Assembly (NCBI GenBank): GCA_037380845.1
Contig: JARRRI010000027.1
Coordinates: forward strand, 1 to 32,406
Source: Candidatus Sulfobium sp.
GTDB taxonomy: Bacteria > Nitrospirota > Thermodesulfovibrionia > Thermodesulfovibrionales > UBA6898
Length of the DNA stretch: 32,406 nt
Reading direction: 5' to 3'
The position numbers were made by a program, and so were the translations under genes. Below are positions 1 to 9,610 of the stretch, one piece after another. The notes under the pieces are model-generated. The model was not told the DNA's origin. It saw nothing but the letters and a program-made list of their open reading frames with translations, and did not search any database. The stretch's first letter is position 1. Each line of letters begins with the position of its first letter.

Positions 1-64
1 TCAAATGTGTTGATTTCATTAGGAACCCTGTTCCTATTTAGTTCGTTGATGGATAATTAGTGTC

Positions 65-1753
65 TCACACCGCTTGAGCCTGACACAGGATTCTGAAAAT
101 ATGGAACTCCGCAGATCTCAGGATGGCAACACCTATGAGACAAACAATCCGACCTTCGTCGATATCATTTTGCGTCATCGTCGTTCTGTCACATCTGACG
201 AAGAAGGCTTCTTCATGCGTCCGGCCTTGCAAAGCGCCATTCCTCCATTCCCCGATTAAAAAAGCCTCGATAGCACTTTTCACTTTCATCCATGTGGGTT
301 CACCACTCGGCTCAAAGACCACCCATTGAGAGCCTTCCTGAATGGATTGTTCAAGGAAGATCATTAAACGCCTAACATTAACATACTTCCACTCGGGATC
401 AGTCGAAACAGTGCGCGCTCCCCAGACGAGGATCCCTCGTCCCGGGAATATCCTGATGCAATTAACGCCTTCCAGATTCATTCGATCCTGCTCAGAAGCA
501 TTTAGAGTCTTTCCAAGACCGATCGCGCCCTGAATAGTCTTACCTGCAGGTGCTTTGTGAACGCCCTGTTCGACGTCGGTACGTGCATATATACCTGCAA
601 TGTGACCGCTCGGAGGGACAAGAGCCTCTATACGTGCTGCCCGGGCTGATGCATCGATTTCCATTTCTGCATTTATCCATGGGTAATAAAGGGCACCATA
701 CCCTTTTACCGATGCAATCTTACTCCTTTGCACAAGAACATGCGTCACGACCGCTCCCTCCTCTGAATCGAGGATACAAAAACGGTCTCGCATCGTTTCA
801 CAATGCTCTATCATTGCATGCTGAACGCCCTCAGAAGTAATCCCCGGAATGCAGACAATACTCACATCTCTGAAATTCTTGAGTGTCTGCAACCCAGTTT
901 TCATACCAATTTCGTTGTCCTTGCCGATGTAATCTTCATCCGATCCGTCATCCCTGATTCTTACAATCCAGCACTCTTTGCCACCATTATCAAAAAATCC
1001 GAATACTCCGGCAGCTAGATGTGGTCGTTCCGCAGTGAAACCCCCGAATATGTCGGCAAACTCACTAAATGAAGTGACTCGCGTAGGCGTATCCACCTTT
1101 CCCTTCGATGCCTTGCCGATAAAAGCTGCAATGCTCGTAGAAACTCCGGTAATGGAGTGGCCTGACCCGGAGCCCGTCTCCTCTACGTACACGCCTGGAC
1201 AGGTATATGTGGGTGATTCCTTCCTGATCGGTGAGTGGGGAAATTTCACAGGATAAAGCACTTGCTCCACAAAAGCGCCTTCGAACTGCTCATCCTTATT
1301 TGTTGAAATTATTACGATGCCCTTATATGTTTCTATGCGCCGCATAAGGTACGCCATTTCGAAGTCGGCATAGCGATCATGACCCTCGTTTACCTCGCTT
1401 CTTTTGCCGAAGAGCGCGTCGGCCTCGCCAAAGAAAAGAATGATGTGTGAGCTTTCCGCCTCGGTAAAAACGCGATCAAGATTCTTTTCAGTTTCGGTGA
1501 TATACTTACTCAACACGCGAGAAAGGTCGATCCTGAAGAGGTCAAGAGAAAGGCCTTGGGCCAACACCTCGGCAGCGATAGTCTTGCCTGTGCTAATGGG
1601 GCCGGAGAACACGACAATAGAACCTTTCTTTAGCTGAGCACTCGTTGCCTTGATCGCACTGCATACGCGCTGTAACTTGTCGAGAACTCCTTTATCGAGA
1701 GGATTATCGTCAAAGGTAAATCGGGGGGTTATCTTTCTCATATAAGCACTCAT
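65..1753 (-). CDS. Fusion of a degenerate AAA ATPase domain (Afp15/Pvc15-like) to a phage tail sheath family protein
   Basis: N-terminal ~175 aa: FSGPISTGKT, DLFRIDLSRVLSKYITETEKNL, ADALFGKRSEV..HDRYA. From aa ~180: sheath motifs PTYTCPGVYVEE, FFDNGG, ALYYPW, PPSGHIAGIYARTD, GVHKAPA, VWGART, YVNVRR, WVVFEP, AEF. No stop between the two parts. Confidence 0.88.
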   Translation of the reverse strand: MSAYMRKITPRFTFDDNPLDKGVLDKLQRVCSAIKATSAQLKKGSIVVFSGPISTGKTIAAEVLAQGLSLDLFRIDLSRVLSKYITETEKNLDRVFTEAESSHIILFFGEADALFGKRSEVNEGHDRYADFEMAYLMRRIETYKGIVIISTNKDEQFEGAFVEQVLYPVKFPHSPIRKESPTYTCPGVYVEETGSGSGHSITGVSTSIAAFIGKASKGKVDTPTRVTSFSEFADIFGGFTAERPHLAAGVFGFFDNGGKECWIVRIRDDGSDEDYIGKDNEIGMKTGLQTLKNFRDVSIVCIPGITSEGVQHAMIEHCETMRDRFCILDSEEGAVVTHVLVQRSKIASVKGYGALYYPWINAEMEIDASARAARIEALVPPSGHIAGIYARTDVEQGVHKAPAGKTIQGAIGLGKTLNASEQDRMNLEGVNCIRIFPGRGILVWGARTVSTDPEWKYVNVRRLMIFLEQSIQEGSQWVVFEPSGEPTWMKVKSAIEAFLIGEWRNGALQGRTHEEAFFVRCDRTTMTQNDIDEGRIVCLIGVAILRSAEFHIFRILCQAQAV

Positions 1754-2095
1754 CGTAAGGTATCCAATTTGAGTTTCAATAATAACTTACAACTTCTTAA
1801 AGCTTTTGAAAAGTGCGAAATTCGAGGGGAAGTGCAATAGAATCATTTTTTGATAACTACGGAGTTGTCGGTGTTAACAACACGAGTCGCTGAAAATCGT
1901 GATCGGTCATCTTGAGTGGTCTGCGGGTGAAACTTTCTCTCAGCATTTCGCACCGAAGAAAGTGAGTTCCCAAAGATTCTCATGGGGCATGATCACGCAC
2001 CGAAAGCACCAGGCCTTTCCAAGCAACGCGGCGAACTTAACAGTTATCGCCAATCGAAACTCCCCTTTGTTCCTGTGAGTATATCACACGGCAAC

Positions 2096-2115
2096 TGTGG
2101 CCATTTTTGTGCCCC
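2096..2115. repeat. Short imperfect direct repeat, candidate integrase arm-type site
   Basis: TGTGGCCA (2096-2103) and TGTGCCCC (2108-2115), 12-bp period, about 130 bp from the tRNA fragment. Confidence 0.35.
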
Positions 2116-2240
2116 CTCACAGTGGGAAATCATGGAATAATTAGAATAGTTAGAAATCTCAGATAAGGCAGAAACGTTTTAAAATCACTAAATTAAGGGA
2201 GACCAGCCACCATCAATGGTTTACGTTAAACCTAGCTTTT

Positions 2241-2287
2241 GCCCTTTCAAGGCGGTAACGCGGGTTCGAATCCTGCTGGGGACGCCA
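2241..2287 (+). tRNA. 3' fragment of tRNA-Glu(TTC), not a complete gene; probable att site of an integrative element
   Basis: GCC-CTTTCAA-GGCGG anticodon arm, GCGGG-TTCGAAT-CCTGC T arm, GGGGACG-CCA end. The 5' acceptor strand and D arm are absent upstream. Confidence 0.85.
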
Positions 2288-2298
2288 ATGAAATCAGG

Positions 2299-2327
2299 GG
2301 GTTGCAGCAATGCAGCCCTTTTCTTTT
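2299..2327 (+). terminator. Intrinsic terminator after the tRNA fragment
   Basis: GGGTTGCA-GCAA-TGCAGCCC followed by TTTTCTTTT. Confidence 0.65.
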
Positions 2328-3128
2328 GTGTTACAGCCTCTTTCGGGCGGTAGCGAAATTTTGAAAAAATCACAATATTATCGACGGCTTATCTTAAAGG
2401 GTTATTCTAAGAATATTTCTAATCTTTACAGCTAACCTTAACACCAAAGCACTCTACGTCGTCACGTGATAAAAACGTGAAAGTTCTCAACTAGTGGGAA
2501 TAGATGCGAATATAGAAAAAGGCCGTTTTGCGACTAACGTCTCCACCATGATAGACGGCGCCGCTTTTTCAGCAAATACCCTCCCTGGCGGCATTTAAAC
2601 CGGCCGGTGAAAGATCAGATTTATTCAACACCGCAAAGAACTGCGACAAAATCATCGGAGTCTCAAGGGAACGATGCAGAAGGACGGACCGTTCTTGTAG
2701 AGGAGAAGATTAGAAATATGGAGTAGTCGACGCTTCCAATCGTGAAGCGTCCTGAACACCAGTTGTCCTTAAGTATTTATAAACTCGGATCTTGGCGCCT
2801 GGTGGCTGAAAGCCCACATTTTCGCCGCGGCGAAAATGAAAAAGACTTCGGCCTAAAATGCTCAAAGATGCCAATGGAGTCGCGACGGTTATGGCTTATG
2901 ATACTGACAGTGGCAGAAAATCCCGGGACCTGTTTTTACAAATGACATTTGATGAGAAGAAACTCGTTGACGCGAAAGACGTCATAAAATGGACCTTCTC
3001 ATTAAGCGGCACTGCAGTTAGTTATAATTGGGGGGCGGGAATTCTACAATGCAGTCAAATACTGCTATCTGCTCCTATAAAGGTCACTATTATGTCCAGA
3101 TTTACCTTATATTTTGTATAATATTAAG

Positions 3129-3404
3129 GTGAACTTCGAATGGGATGAGCGAAAAAGCGCTGCTGACAGAGATAAACATGGAATTACGTTCGAAAATGCA
3201 AAGTCTCTGTGGCTTGATGAAAGCAGGATCGAGATAGAGGCGCCTCACCGTATTGAGGAAAGAAGAATTCTGATCGCGCGTCTTCACGGAAAACTGTGGA
3301 CTGCGGTGTATACCGTTCGACGTGAGTCCACTATAAGGATTATTTCCGTGAGGCGTTCGCGGGAGAGGGAGGCAGCATTATATGAAAAAGAAAGGACTGG
3401 CTAA
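3129..3404 (+). CDS. brnT: BrnT family toxin (type II toxin-antitoxin)
   Basis: GTG start; NFEWDERKSAADRDKHGITFENA, EERRILIA, AVYTVR, IRIISVRR are typical of BrnT/DUF497. Overlaps the next gene. Confidence 0.88.
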   Translation: MNFEWDERKSAADRDKHGITFENAKSLWLDESRIEIEAPHRIEERRILIARLHGKLWTAVYTVRRESTIRIISVRRSREREAALYEKERTG

Positions 3405-3750
3405 AAACACAAGGGAGTTCGACCAGCGTTTTGACGCGGGCGAGGATGTACATGAATTGATCAATGTGGAAAAGGCAAAGGTGATACGACATGGGAAAAA
3501 AGTGCGCCTGACGATTGATGTAGCGGAATCTCTGGTGAATGAGCTGGATGAGATAAGGCAAAAGATCGGCGTCGACAGAGGCGCCCTGATAAAGGTCTGG
3601 CTACATGAGAGTGTTGCAGGAAAAGGCCGCCAGGAAAGCCAGCTGAGATGTGATTGTACTGCTTTTTTGATTAGAAATGGAGGCGGACCTCATTCGTCTC
3701 GGCGTCCTTATAGACATTCTCAATTTTACATTTCTCTGAACCAAAATTGA
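3382..3750 (+). CDS. BrnA/CopG-like antitoxin, probably frameshifted near its 3' end
   Basis: EFDQRFDAGEDV, RLTIDV..SLVNELD, IGVDRGALIKVWLHE (ribbon-helix-helix type). Another frame from 3611 gives a natural-looking end VLQEKAARKAS-stop at 3646. Confidence 0.75.
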   Translation: MKKKGLAKNTREFDQRFDAGEDVHELINVEKAKVIRHGKKVRLTIDVAESLVNELDEIRQKIGVDRGALIKVWLHESVAGKGRQESQLRCDCTAFLIRNGGGPHSSRRPYRHSQFYISLNQN

Positions 3751-3939
3751 CTGGGTCATGCAACGAAAACGCGTAGAGCGGTGTCTACTATTTCACTGTG
3801 AGCGTGACCGGGCCGGATCAGAATCAATATCAGGATACAGTTGCGATAACGGTTTTAAGCAGGACCGCAATTGATAATCAACTTAGAGGGATATGGGAAG
3901 AGATGAAGGCGACAATGAGGAACTTAAACATTGAAATTC

Positions 3940-3999
3940 TCCCACCACCGCGCTCCAGCTGACGCAATTAGAGTGGCTCGGCTGAGCGTTGCGTTACCC
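3940..3999 (+). mobile_element. Degenerate integron attC-like site
   Basis: Left arm CGCTC[C]AGCTGA[C]GC pairs with right arm GCTCGGCTGAGCG with two unpaired bases. GTT at 3993-3995; the left core reads ACC instead of AAC; about 60 bp. Confidence 0.45.
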
Positions 4000-4243
4000 T
4001 GAGAGTTTCCTGCGTAAATCCTCGCTGGTTTCGATTCGCAATAACTGCGATTAAGTCGGTGTCAATCGCAAAAGCACTGTCCATAAAACCCTTGGTTTTT
4101 CGTTCGTGAGAAGTGAACTGAGTGCGAATATTTTAGAGGGCATTGCCAAGATAAACAACATACTGTAGGATTAAGATATGCCAGAACGAGAGGGACTTCA
4201 TATCGAGAGAGTACCGTACCAAGAGGGATAGTTCAGCGGCATA

Positions 4244-6904
4244 ATGTTCAAGCGAATCAGCGACTACGGGATCATCGGTAACCTGCGAACCATTGCGCTC
4301 GTCGGACTGGACGGCGGTATCGATTGGCTCTGCTTTCCCTTTATCGATTCTCCGAGCGTCTTCGGTGCGCTCCTCGATGATAAAGAGGGAGGCTCTTTTG
4401 CCTTGAGGCCGGCCGGGCCGTGGGCTTCGGTCTCTGAGTACCTCCCAGGGACAAATATTCTTAAGACCCGCTTTACCACGGAGGGAGGCGTCATGGAACT
4501 TACGGATTTCATGCCGCTTGCGGCAACTTGCAAAGGTGACCGTGAAAGCGGGGACCACGAGCTCTACCGCCGTGTTTCGGTAATCTCGGGGGCAGTAGGC
4601 GTAAACATGGTCTTCAGGCCGCATTTCAACTACGCCCGCAGCCAGACGACTGTCATCCGAAACGGCCGCATGTTAGTTGCACGGGGAGGCGAAGAGGTTA
4701 TGACCCTCTCCGTCTCGGCCGATATCTCCGGGGAAAACGGCCACTCCGCTCAATGGGAGCTCAAAGAAGGAGAAAGCCTTTGGTTTAGGCTCAGGTATGA
4801 CTCAGATGAAGGCTTTGTCTGTGACTCCTCTTCGGCGGAAACGGCCTTTGCAGAGACTGAAGAGTACTGGCGGACCTGGCTCGGCCGCAGGGAGACGGGA
4901 CGGAGCCTGCATCTCGGCCGCTATCAGCATATGGTCGACAGGTCCGCTCTCGTGCTGAAACTCCTGCAGTTCGAGGAGACGGGGACTATAGCAGCTGCAG
5001 CCACGACATCGCTGCCGGAGGAGGTAGGGGGAGTGCGCAACTGGGATTACCGCTACACCTGGGTCCGCGACACATCGTTTACGCTCGATGCGCTCTTCTC
5101 TTTGGGACATCTTTCGGAGCTTGACGGATATCTAAGATGGATGGAGCGCCTTCTTGTGGCCCGCGGAGCTGAAAATATGAAGATCGTATACGGTCTTCGG
5201 GGGGAAGAGGAGCTTCAAGAGCAGGAACTCGGACATCTTGACGGTTACAGGGGATCGCGGCCGGTGCGTGTCGGAAACGAAGCGGCCTCTCAGAGACAGC
5301 TCGATGTGTATGGGGAGATCATGGATGCCGCTCTGAAGCTTTCGAACTACGCGGGCAAGATCGATCACGCGATGTGGCCTGCGCTTCGCGATGTCTGCAA
5401 CCATGTCGTGCACCACTGGCAGGATCGCGACAGCGGCATATGGGAGGTCCGAGGCGGGCCATACTCGTTTGTTTATTCGAAAGTGATGTGCTGGGTCGCG
5501 CTGGATAGGGGCCTGGAGATAGCGAAACGCTACGGGTTTCAGGCCGATAGACTTCTCTGGGAGGAGACCCGATCCCGTGTTAAAGACGAGGTTTTAGCGA
5601 AGGGCTGGAGTCGGGAAAAAAAGTCTTTTGTCCAGCACTACGAAACCGATGCCCTGGATGCCAGCTCCCTTCTTCTGCCGATCTTCGGCTTTCTCTCTTT
5701 TGACGACCCTAGGGTCGCCTCGACCGTGGATGCTATCGAAAGGGAGTTGGGCAAAGACGGGTTCCTTTACCGGTATACGGGCGAGGACGGTTTGCCCGGG
5801 AAAGAGGCGGCCTTTACGCTCTGTTCCTTTTGGCTGGTAGACTGCCTGATAGGTATGGGTAGAGTCGGAGAGGCCGAGACCCTTCTGCGAAGACTGGAAG
5901 GCACGGCCAACCACCTCGGCCTTTTTTCAGAGGAATACGACGAAAAAGAACAAGAAGCCCTCGGAAACTTCCCGCAGGCCTTAACGCACATTGGTTACAT
6001 AAATAGTGTCATCAACTTGCTCGATGCCAGAGGCGAACTCGTCAAAGAAACAACTGATGGGAGACGGCCCTCACTGCTGAAACGACTTATATCCTCAGAG
6101 ACCATTCTCAACGGGGGCGTGGCGGCTGAACGCATCCCTCCCGGTGAAATTGCGGCCCGTCTCAAGAACACCATGAATATTCTCAGGGGCGCATTTTTCG
6201 ATGTCCGGAAAGGCCGGGTGGCGTATGAGAAGATGAAAGGCTCCGAGGCATACCGGACCTATCTGGATTTGAGTTACAGCCTCCGTGACCTGGATCCGCA
6301 CCTCCTCAGGGGACGCAGGGAGGGGATGGCTTTCTGGATCAACCTTTATAATGTCATAGTGATCCACGGTGTAGTAGAACTGGGCGTAAGAGATTCCGTA
6401 AAAGAGGTCCGCGATTTCTTCAGGAAGGTCTGCTATCTAATCGGCGGAGTGTCTTTTACTCCCCATGACATTGAACACGGCATTCTAAGGGGCAACCGCA
6501 GACCGCCCTATGTCTTATCCTCAGTCTTCGGCCGGGGTGATCCGAGACTCGCCTTCGTTGTCGACCCGCCGGATCCCCGGGTCCACTTCGCGCTGGTCTG
6601 TGCCTCCTCATCCTGTCCTCCGATCGATGTCTACACGGCCGATAACCTGGACGAGGAACTGGACATCTCGGGCCGCACCTTCCTCAACGCAGGCAGCGTT
6701 TCGATCGACCGAAAGAATCTTAGGGTCTCTCTTTCAAGGATATTCAAGTGGTATGAAGCCGACTTCGGAAAGACCCAGGAGGAAAGACTGCGTTTTGTAG
6801 CATCATATCTCTACGATGAGAATGACCAGCTTTTTCTTGAAGAACGGGCCGAAGAGCTTGCCGTCACATACCAGAAATACGATTGGAGACTCAACAGACA
6901 GTGA
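4244..6904 (+). CDS. Glycoside hydrolase family 15 (trehalase/glucoamylase-like) fused to a C-terminal DUF547 domain
   Basis: GH15: ISDYGIIGN, AAATTSLPEEVGGVRNWDYRYTWVRD, QLDVYGE, DSGIWEVRG, LFSEE, GNFPQALTH. DUF547: AFWINLYN, IEHGILRGN, DPRVHFALVCASSSCPP, LSRIFKWY..DFG, YDWRLN. Confidence 0.9.
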   Translation: MFKRISDYGIIGNLRTIALVGLDGGIDWLCFPFIDSPSVFGALLDDKEGGSFALRPAGPWASVSEYLPGTNILKTRFTTEGGVMELTDFMPLAATCKGDRESGDHELYRRVSVISGAVGVNMVFRPHFNYARSQTTVIRNGRMLVARGGEEVMTLSVSADISGENGHSAQWELKEGESLWFRLRYDSDEGFVCDSSSAETAFAETEEYWRTWLGRRETGRSLHLGRYQHMVDRSALVLKLLQFEETGTIAAAATTSLPEEVGGVRNWDYRYTWVRDTSFTLDALFSLGHLSELDGYLRWMERLLVARGAENMKIVYGLRGEEELQEQELGHLDGYRGSRPVRVGNEAASQRQLDVYGEIMDAALKLSNYAGKIDHAMWPALRDVCNHVVHHWQDRDSGIWEVRGGPYSFVYSKVMCWVALDRGLEIAKRYGFQADRLLWEETRSRVKDEVLAKGWSREKKSFVQHYETDALDASSLLLPIFGFLSFDDPRVASTVDAIERELGKDGFLYRYTGEDGLPGKEAAFTLCSFWLVDCLIGMGRVGEAETLLRRLEGTANHLGLFSEEYDEKEQEALGNFPQALTHIGYINSVINLLDARGELVKETTDGRRPSLLKRLISSETILNGGVAAERIPPGEIAARLKNTMNILRGAFFDVRKGRVAYEKMKGSEAYRTYLDLSYSLRDLDPHLLRGRREGMAFWINLYNVIVIHGVVELGVRDSVKEVRDFFRKVCYLIGGVSFTPHDIEHGILRGNRRPPYVLSSVFGRGDPRLAFVVDPPDPRVHFALVCASSSCPPIDVYTADNLDEELDISGRTFLNAGSVSIDRKNLRVSLSRIFKWYEADFGKTQEERLRFVASYLYDENDQLFLEERAEELAVTYQKYDWRLNRQ

Positions 6905-7280
6905 AACACCATCTTCCCATAGAGGGGGACCCCAAAATTCAATAGAATGAGGGGTCACCCATTAAAGGCTACCCTGTCAAGAGCAAATAATAATCCATAG
7001 CGCAAAGAGTGCTTTTTTTGCGCTTCCAGCCGCCGCAGACCTTCGTCACCGCCGAATAAGTAATGCCTTCTCTTCCTCACTGCCATGTCGATATTTCTTT
7101 TCGTCCTGGGTATCGCGGTGACTATAATGCTGCCGGCTTATGAAGCGCCGGGGCCGAGTAATTTATACAGACCTATTTATTACAGGTCACCCAAATAACT
7201 CTGTAAATCCCATCTTTCCCACGGCTGTTAATTATACTCCTGCAGCATCACTCATGTACCTGGAATACTCCGCCACGAAC

Positions 7281-7922
7281 CTATCCTGCAGCCCGTGATT
7301 CCTTCAGAATCTTTATCACTTCTTCGTCGGTGACCTGGGCAAAATCCCTGTAGTAGTTGCCCACCGCCGCAAAATCCGAAGGCATATGAAGACAGATGAA
7401 CTCATCGGCCATCGTCCTGAGCTCATCAGCGGTATCGCCCGGGGAAACCGGCACGGCTACAACCAGCCGCGCTATCTTCTCTTTTTTCAGGGTGGCAATT
7501 GCCGCCTTCATAGTTGCCCCCGTTGCAATGCCGTCGTCCACCAGAATTATCGTTTTGCCCTCAAGCTTCTCAAGCCGCTTTCCGCCCCTGTAAAGCCCGG
7601 CCCTCCGGGCTATTTCCTCTTTCTGTGCGGATATCGCTTCCTCGATATACTCCTGTTTCACTCCGCCGGAGGATATGATCTCTCGATTCAGCGCCACGGC
7701 CCCCGTCTCCGAGACTGCACCTACAGCAAGTTCTTCCTGTCCGGGAAACCCTATCTTTCTTACAATAAGAACATCAAGCCGCGCTCCGATGTTCTGAGCA
7801 AGCGCTAAGCCGGTTACGACTCCTCCGCGCGGCAATGCCAGAACAAGTAATTCCTTCCGGCCCTTGTAATGTCCCAGCCTTTCTGCTAACTGAAGTCCCC
7901 CGTCCCTTCTGTCTGCAAACAT
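7281..7922 (-). CDS. Phosphoribosyltransferase family protein
   Basis: FADRRDGG, LALPRGGV, VRKIGFPGQEELAVGA, PRPP loop IILVDDGIATGAT, AVGNYYRDFAQVTDEEV. ATG at 7922 follows AGGGAGG. Confidence 0.9.
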   Translation of the reverse strand: MFADRRDGGLQLAERLGHYKGRKELLVLALPRGGVVTGLALAQNIGARLDVLIVRKIGFPGQEELAVGAVSETGAVALNREIISSGGVKQEYIEEAISAQKEEIARRAGLYRGGKRLEKLEGKTIILVDDGIATGATMKAAIATLKKEKIARLVVAVPVSPGDTADELRTMADEFICLHMPSDFAAVGNYYRDFAQVTDEEVIKILKESRAAG

Positions 7923-8132
7923 AAGCCCCCTCCCTGTCACTCTGAAATGCTTGACAAAATTTTATCACCTTTTCCCGGGGCTTACGACTCACGGGGATGA
8001 TATAGACCCGAATCTCCCGCCGGCAGTCCTCCCCCCCGGGGAATAAATGGCAAACGTGCTCCTTAAGAGATAAGATCAAAGAAAGGGGTAGCTTCCCGGT
8101 ATTCAGATCATGTCACGGCAGGAGGTGTTCCG

Positions 8133-8981
8133 ATGTCGGTAAGAAAGCCTTGCGCACGACAATTTTATCCGGGCGATTGCCGTTCTCAAATAGAAAAATT
8201 CCTTGAAGGATATAAAGTTCCCCGGGACCCTGTCAAAGCCGTCGCCGGCGTCGTACCTCATGCAGGCTGGATATTTTCCGGCGCCGTTGCTGCAAAGGTT
8301 TTTAAATGCATAAGTACGGTGAGCGATCCCGAGACTTTCGTTCTGTTGGGCGCAGTCCATACCTGGAGGCCGCACGGGAATTCATTGTATGCGCGCGGTT
8401 CGTGGGAGACGCCGTTGGGCGATGTAACAGTGGACGAGGAGGTGGCGGCGAAGCTCCTTGACTCACTGGCCGGGAACATAGCCGAGGACCCTGCGGCGCA
8501 CGAAGGGGAGCATTCCATCGAGGTCCAGCTCCCTTTCATAAAACACATGTGTCCTGACGCGAAGATAGTGCCGATCGCGATGCCGCCGCACGAAGGCGCC
8601 CATATCACAGGGAAAAAGATCGGTGAGACGGTATCAACGATCGGGAAAAGGATCGCTGTCGTAGGCACAACCGACCTGACTCATTACGGGGATGCCTATG
8701 GCTTTACGCCGTACGGATACGGCAGCGAAGCGAAAAGGCTCATGAGAGAAAACGACCTCAGGATGATCGAACTCGCCCGGTCCATGAAATCGGGAGATAT
8801 CATGAGGGAGGCGGAACGGAACCGCAATGCCTGCGGTCCCGGGGCACTGGCGGCAACGGTGTCGGCGGCAAGGGCCATGGGGGCCGGAAGAGGACATCTT
8901 ATCGAATATACCACGAGCTATGACGTAATTCCCGAAGGCGAGTTTCAGATGGCGGTAGGATATGCCGGCATAGTGTTCTAA
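8133..8981 (+). CDS. amrB: MEMO1-family protein (AmmeMemoRadiSam system protein B)
   Basis: FYPG, VPHAGWIFSG, WETPLG, EHSIEVQLPF, TDLTHYG, ACG, VGYAGIVF; SD GGAGGT. Confidence 0.88.
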   Translation: MSVRKPCARQFYPGDCRSQIEKFLEGYKVPRDPVKAVAGVVPHAGWIFSGAVAAKVFKCISTVSDPETFVLLGAVHTWRPHGNSLYARGSWETPLGDVTVDEEVAAKLLDSLAGNIAEDPAAHEGEHSIEVQLPFIKHMCPDAKIVPIAMPPHEGAHITGKKIGETVSTIGKRIAVVGTTDLTHYGDAYGFTPYGYGSEAKRLMRENDLRMIELARSMKSGDIMREAERNRNACGPGALAATVSAARAMGAGRGHLIEYTTSYDVIPEGEFQMAVGYAGIVF

Positions 8982-9034
8982 AGGTCCGGGAGCATCCCGA
9001 ATCAGGCAGATCACCTCTTCTTTTCAGGCAGGCT

Positions 9035-9610
9035 TCATTTACCGGAACTCGTTCCCAGGCCAAAGGCAAGGGTTTTATATTTTTGTCCGTTAAATTCAAA
9101 TTCATCCACTACCCGCATCCCGAGTTTATCCTGATGGGCATTGAGAGAGCGGCTATTGAGGACAGAAACGAAGGCGACGCCGACTTCGTACCGCTCCTTC
9201 AACACCCGCAGCATGGAATCGAACAGTCCCTCCAGGACCCCCTGGCCCCTGTGTCGCCTGTCAATACAGACAGGCCCGTAGACAAACAGACGGTAAGAAG
9301 ATAACGGAACATCCTCAAAGACGACATCGCCGAGACTGTTCAGCATGTGCGCTATGAGCGGAGACCGGACCGCGAACTCCGCGGTTTCCGCCATGAGATA
9401 TCCGATGACTTCCCCGTCCCGAAGGGCAACAAAAATGCCCGGGTCGCTGTTTATCTTTTGCAGTTCCTCTTCGGTAAACTCTATGGAAAGAAATCCCTGA
9501 GACGGATCCTCCCCCTCAAGGGTGGTGAGCAGGTTTCGATGCTGGAGGCGGAGAATGCCCCCGAAATCGGCGTGGATTGCCCTTCGATATTGTATGAGAG
9601 GCCGGGTCAT
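9035..9610 (-). CDS. GNAT family N-acetyltransferase
   Basis: YGPVCIDRRHRGQGV acetyl-CoA motif, AFVSVLNSRSLNAH..KLGM. Start placed at MTRPLIQY (9610). Confidence 0.8.
   Translation of the reverse strand: MTRPLIQYRRAIHADFGGILRLQHRNLLTTLEGEDPSQGFLSIEFTEEELQKINSDPGIFVALRDGEVIGYLMAETAEFAVRSPLIAHMLNSLGDVVFEDVPLSSYRLFVYGPVCIDRRHRGQGVLEGLFDSMLRVLKERYEVGVAFVSVLNSRSLNAHQDKLGMRVVDEFEFNGQKYKTLAFGLGTSSGK

Noticed and set aside
2006..2049. Second attC-like remnant (..GCGGCGAACTTAACAGTTAT)
   Set aside because: The arms pair poorly and there is no intact left core.
2742..3121. Short ORFs upstream of brnT
   Set aside because: No motif or convincing SD; possibly gene remnants, not supportable.
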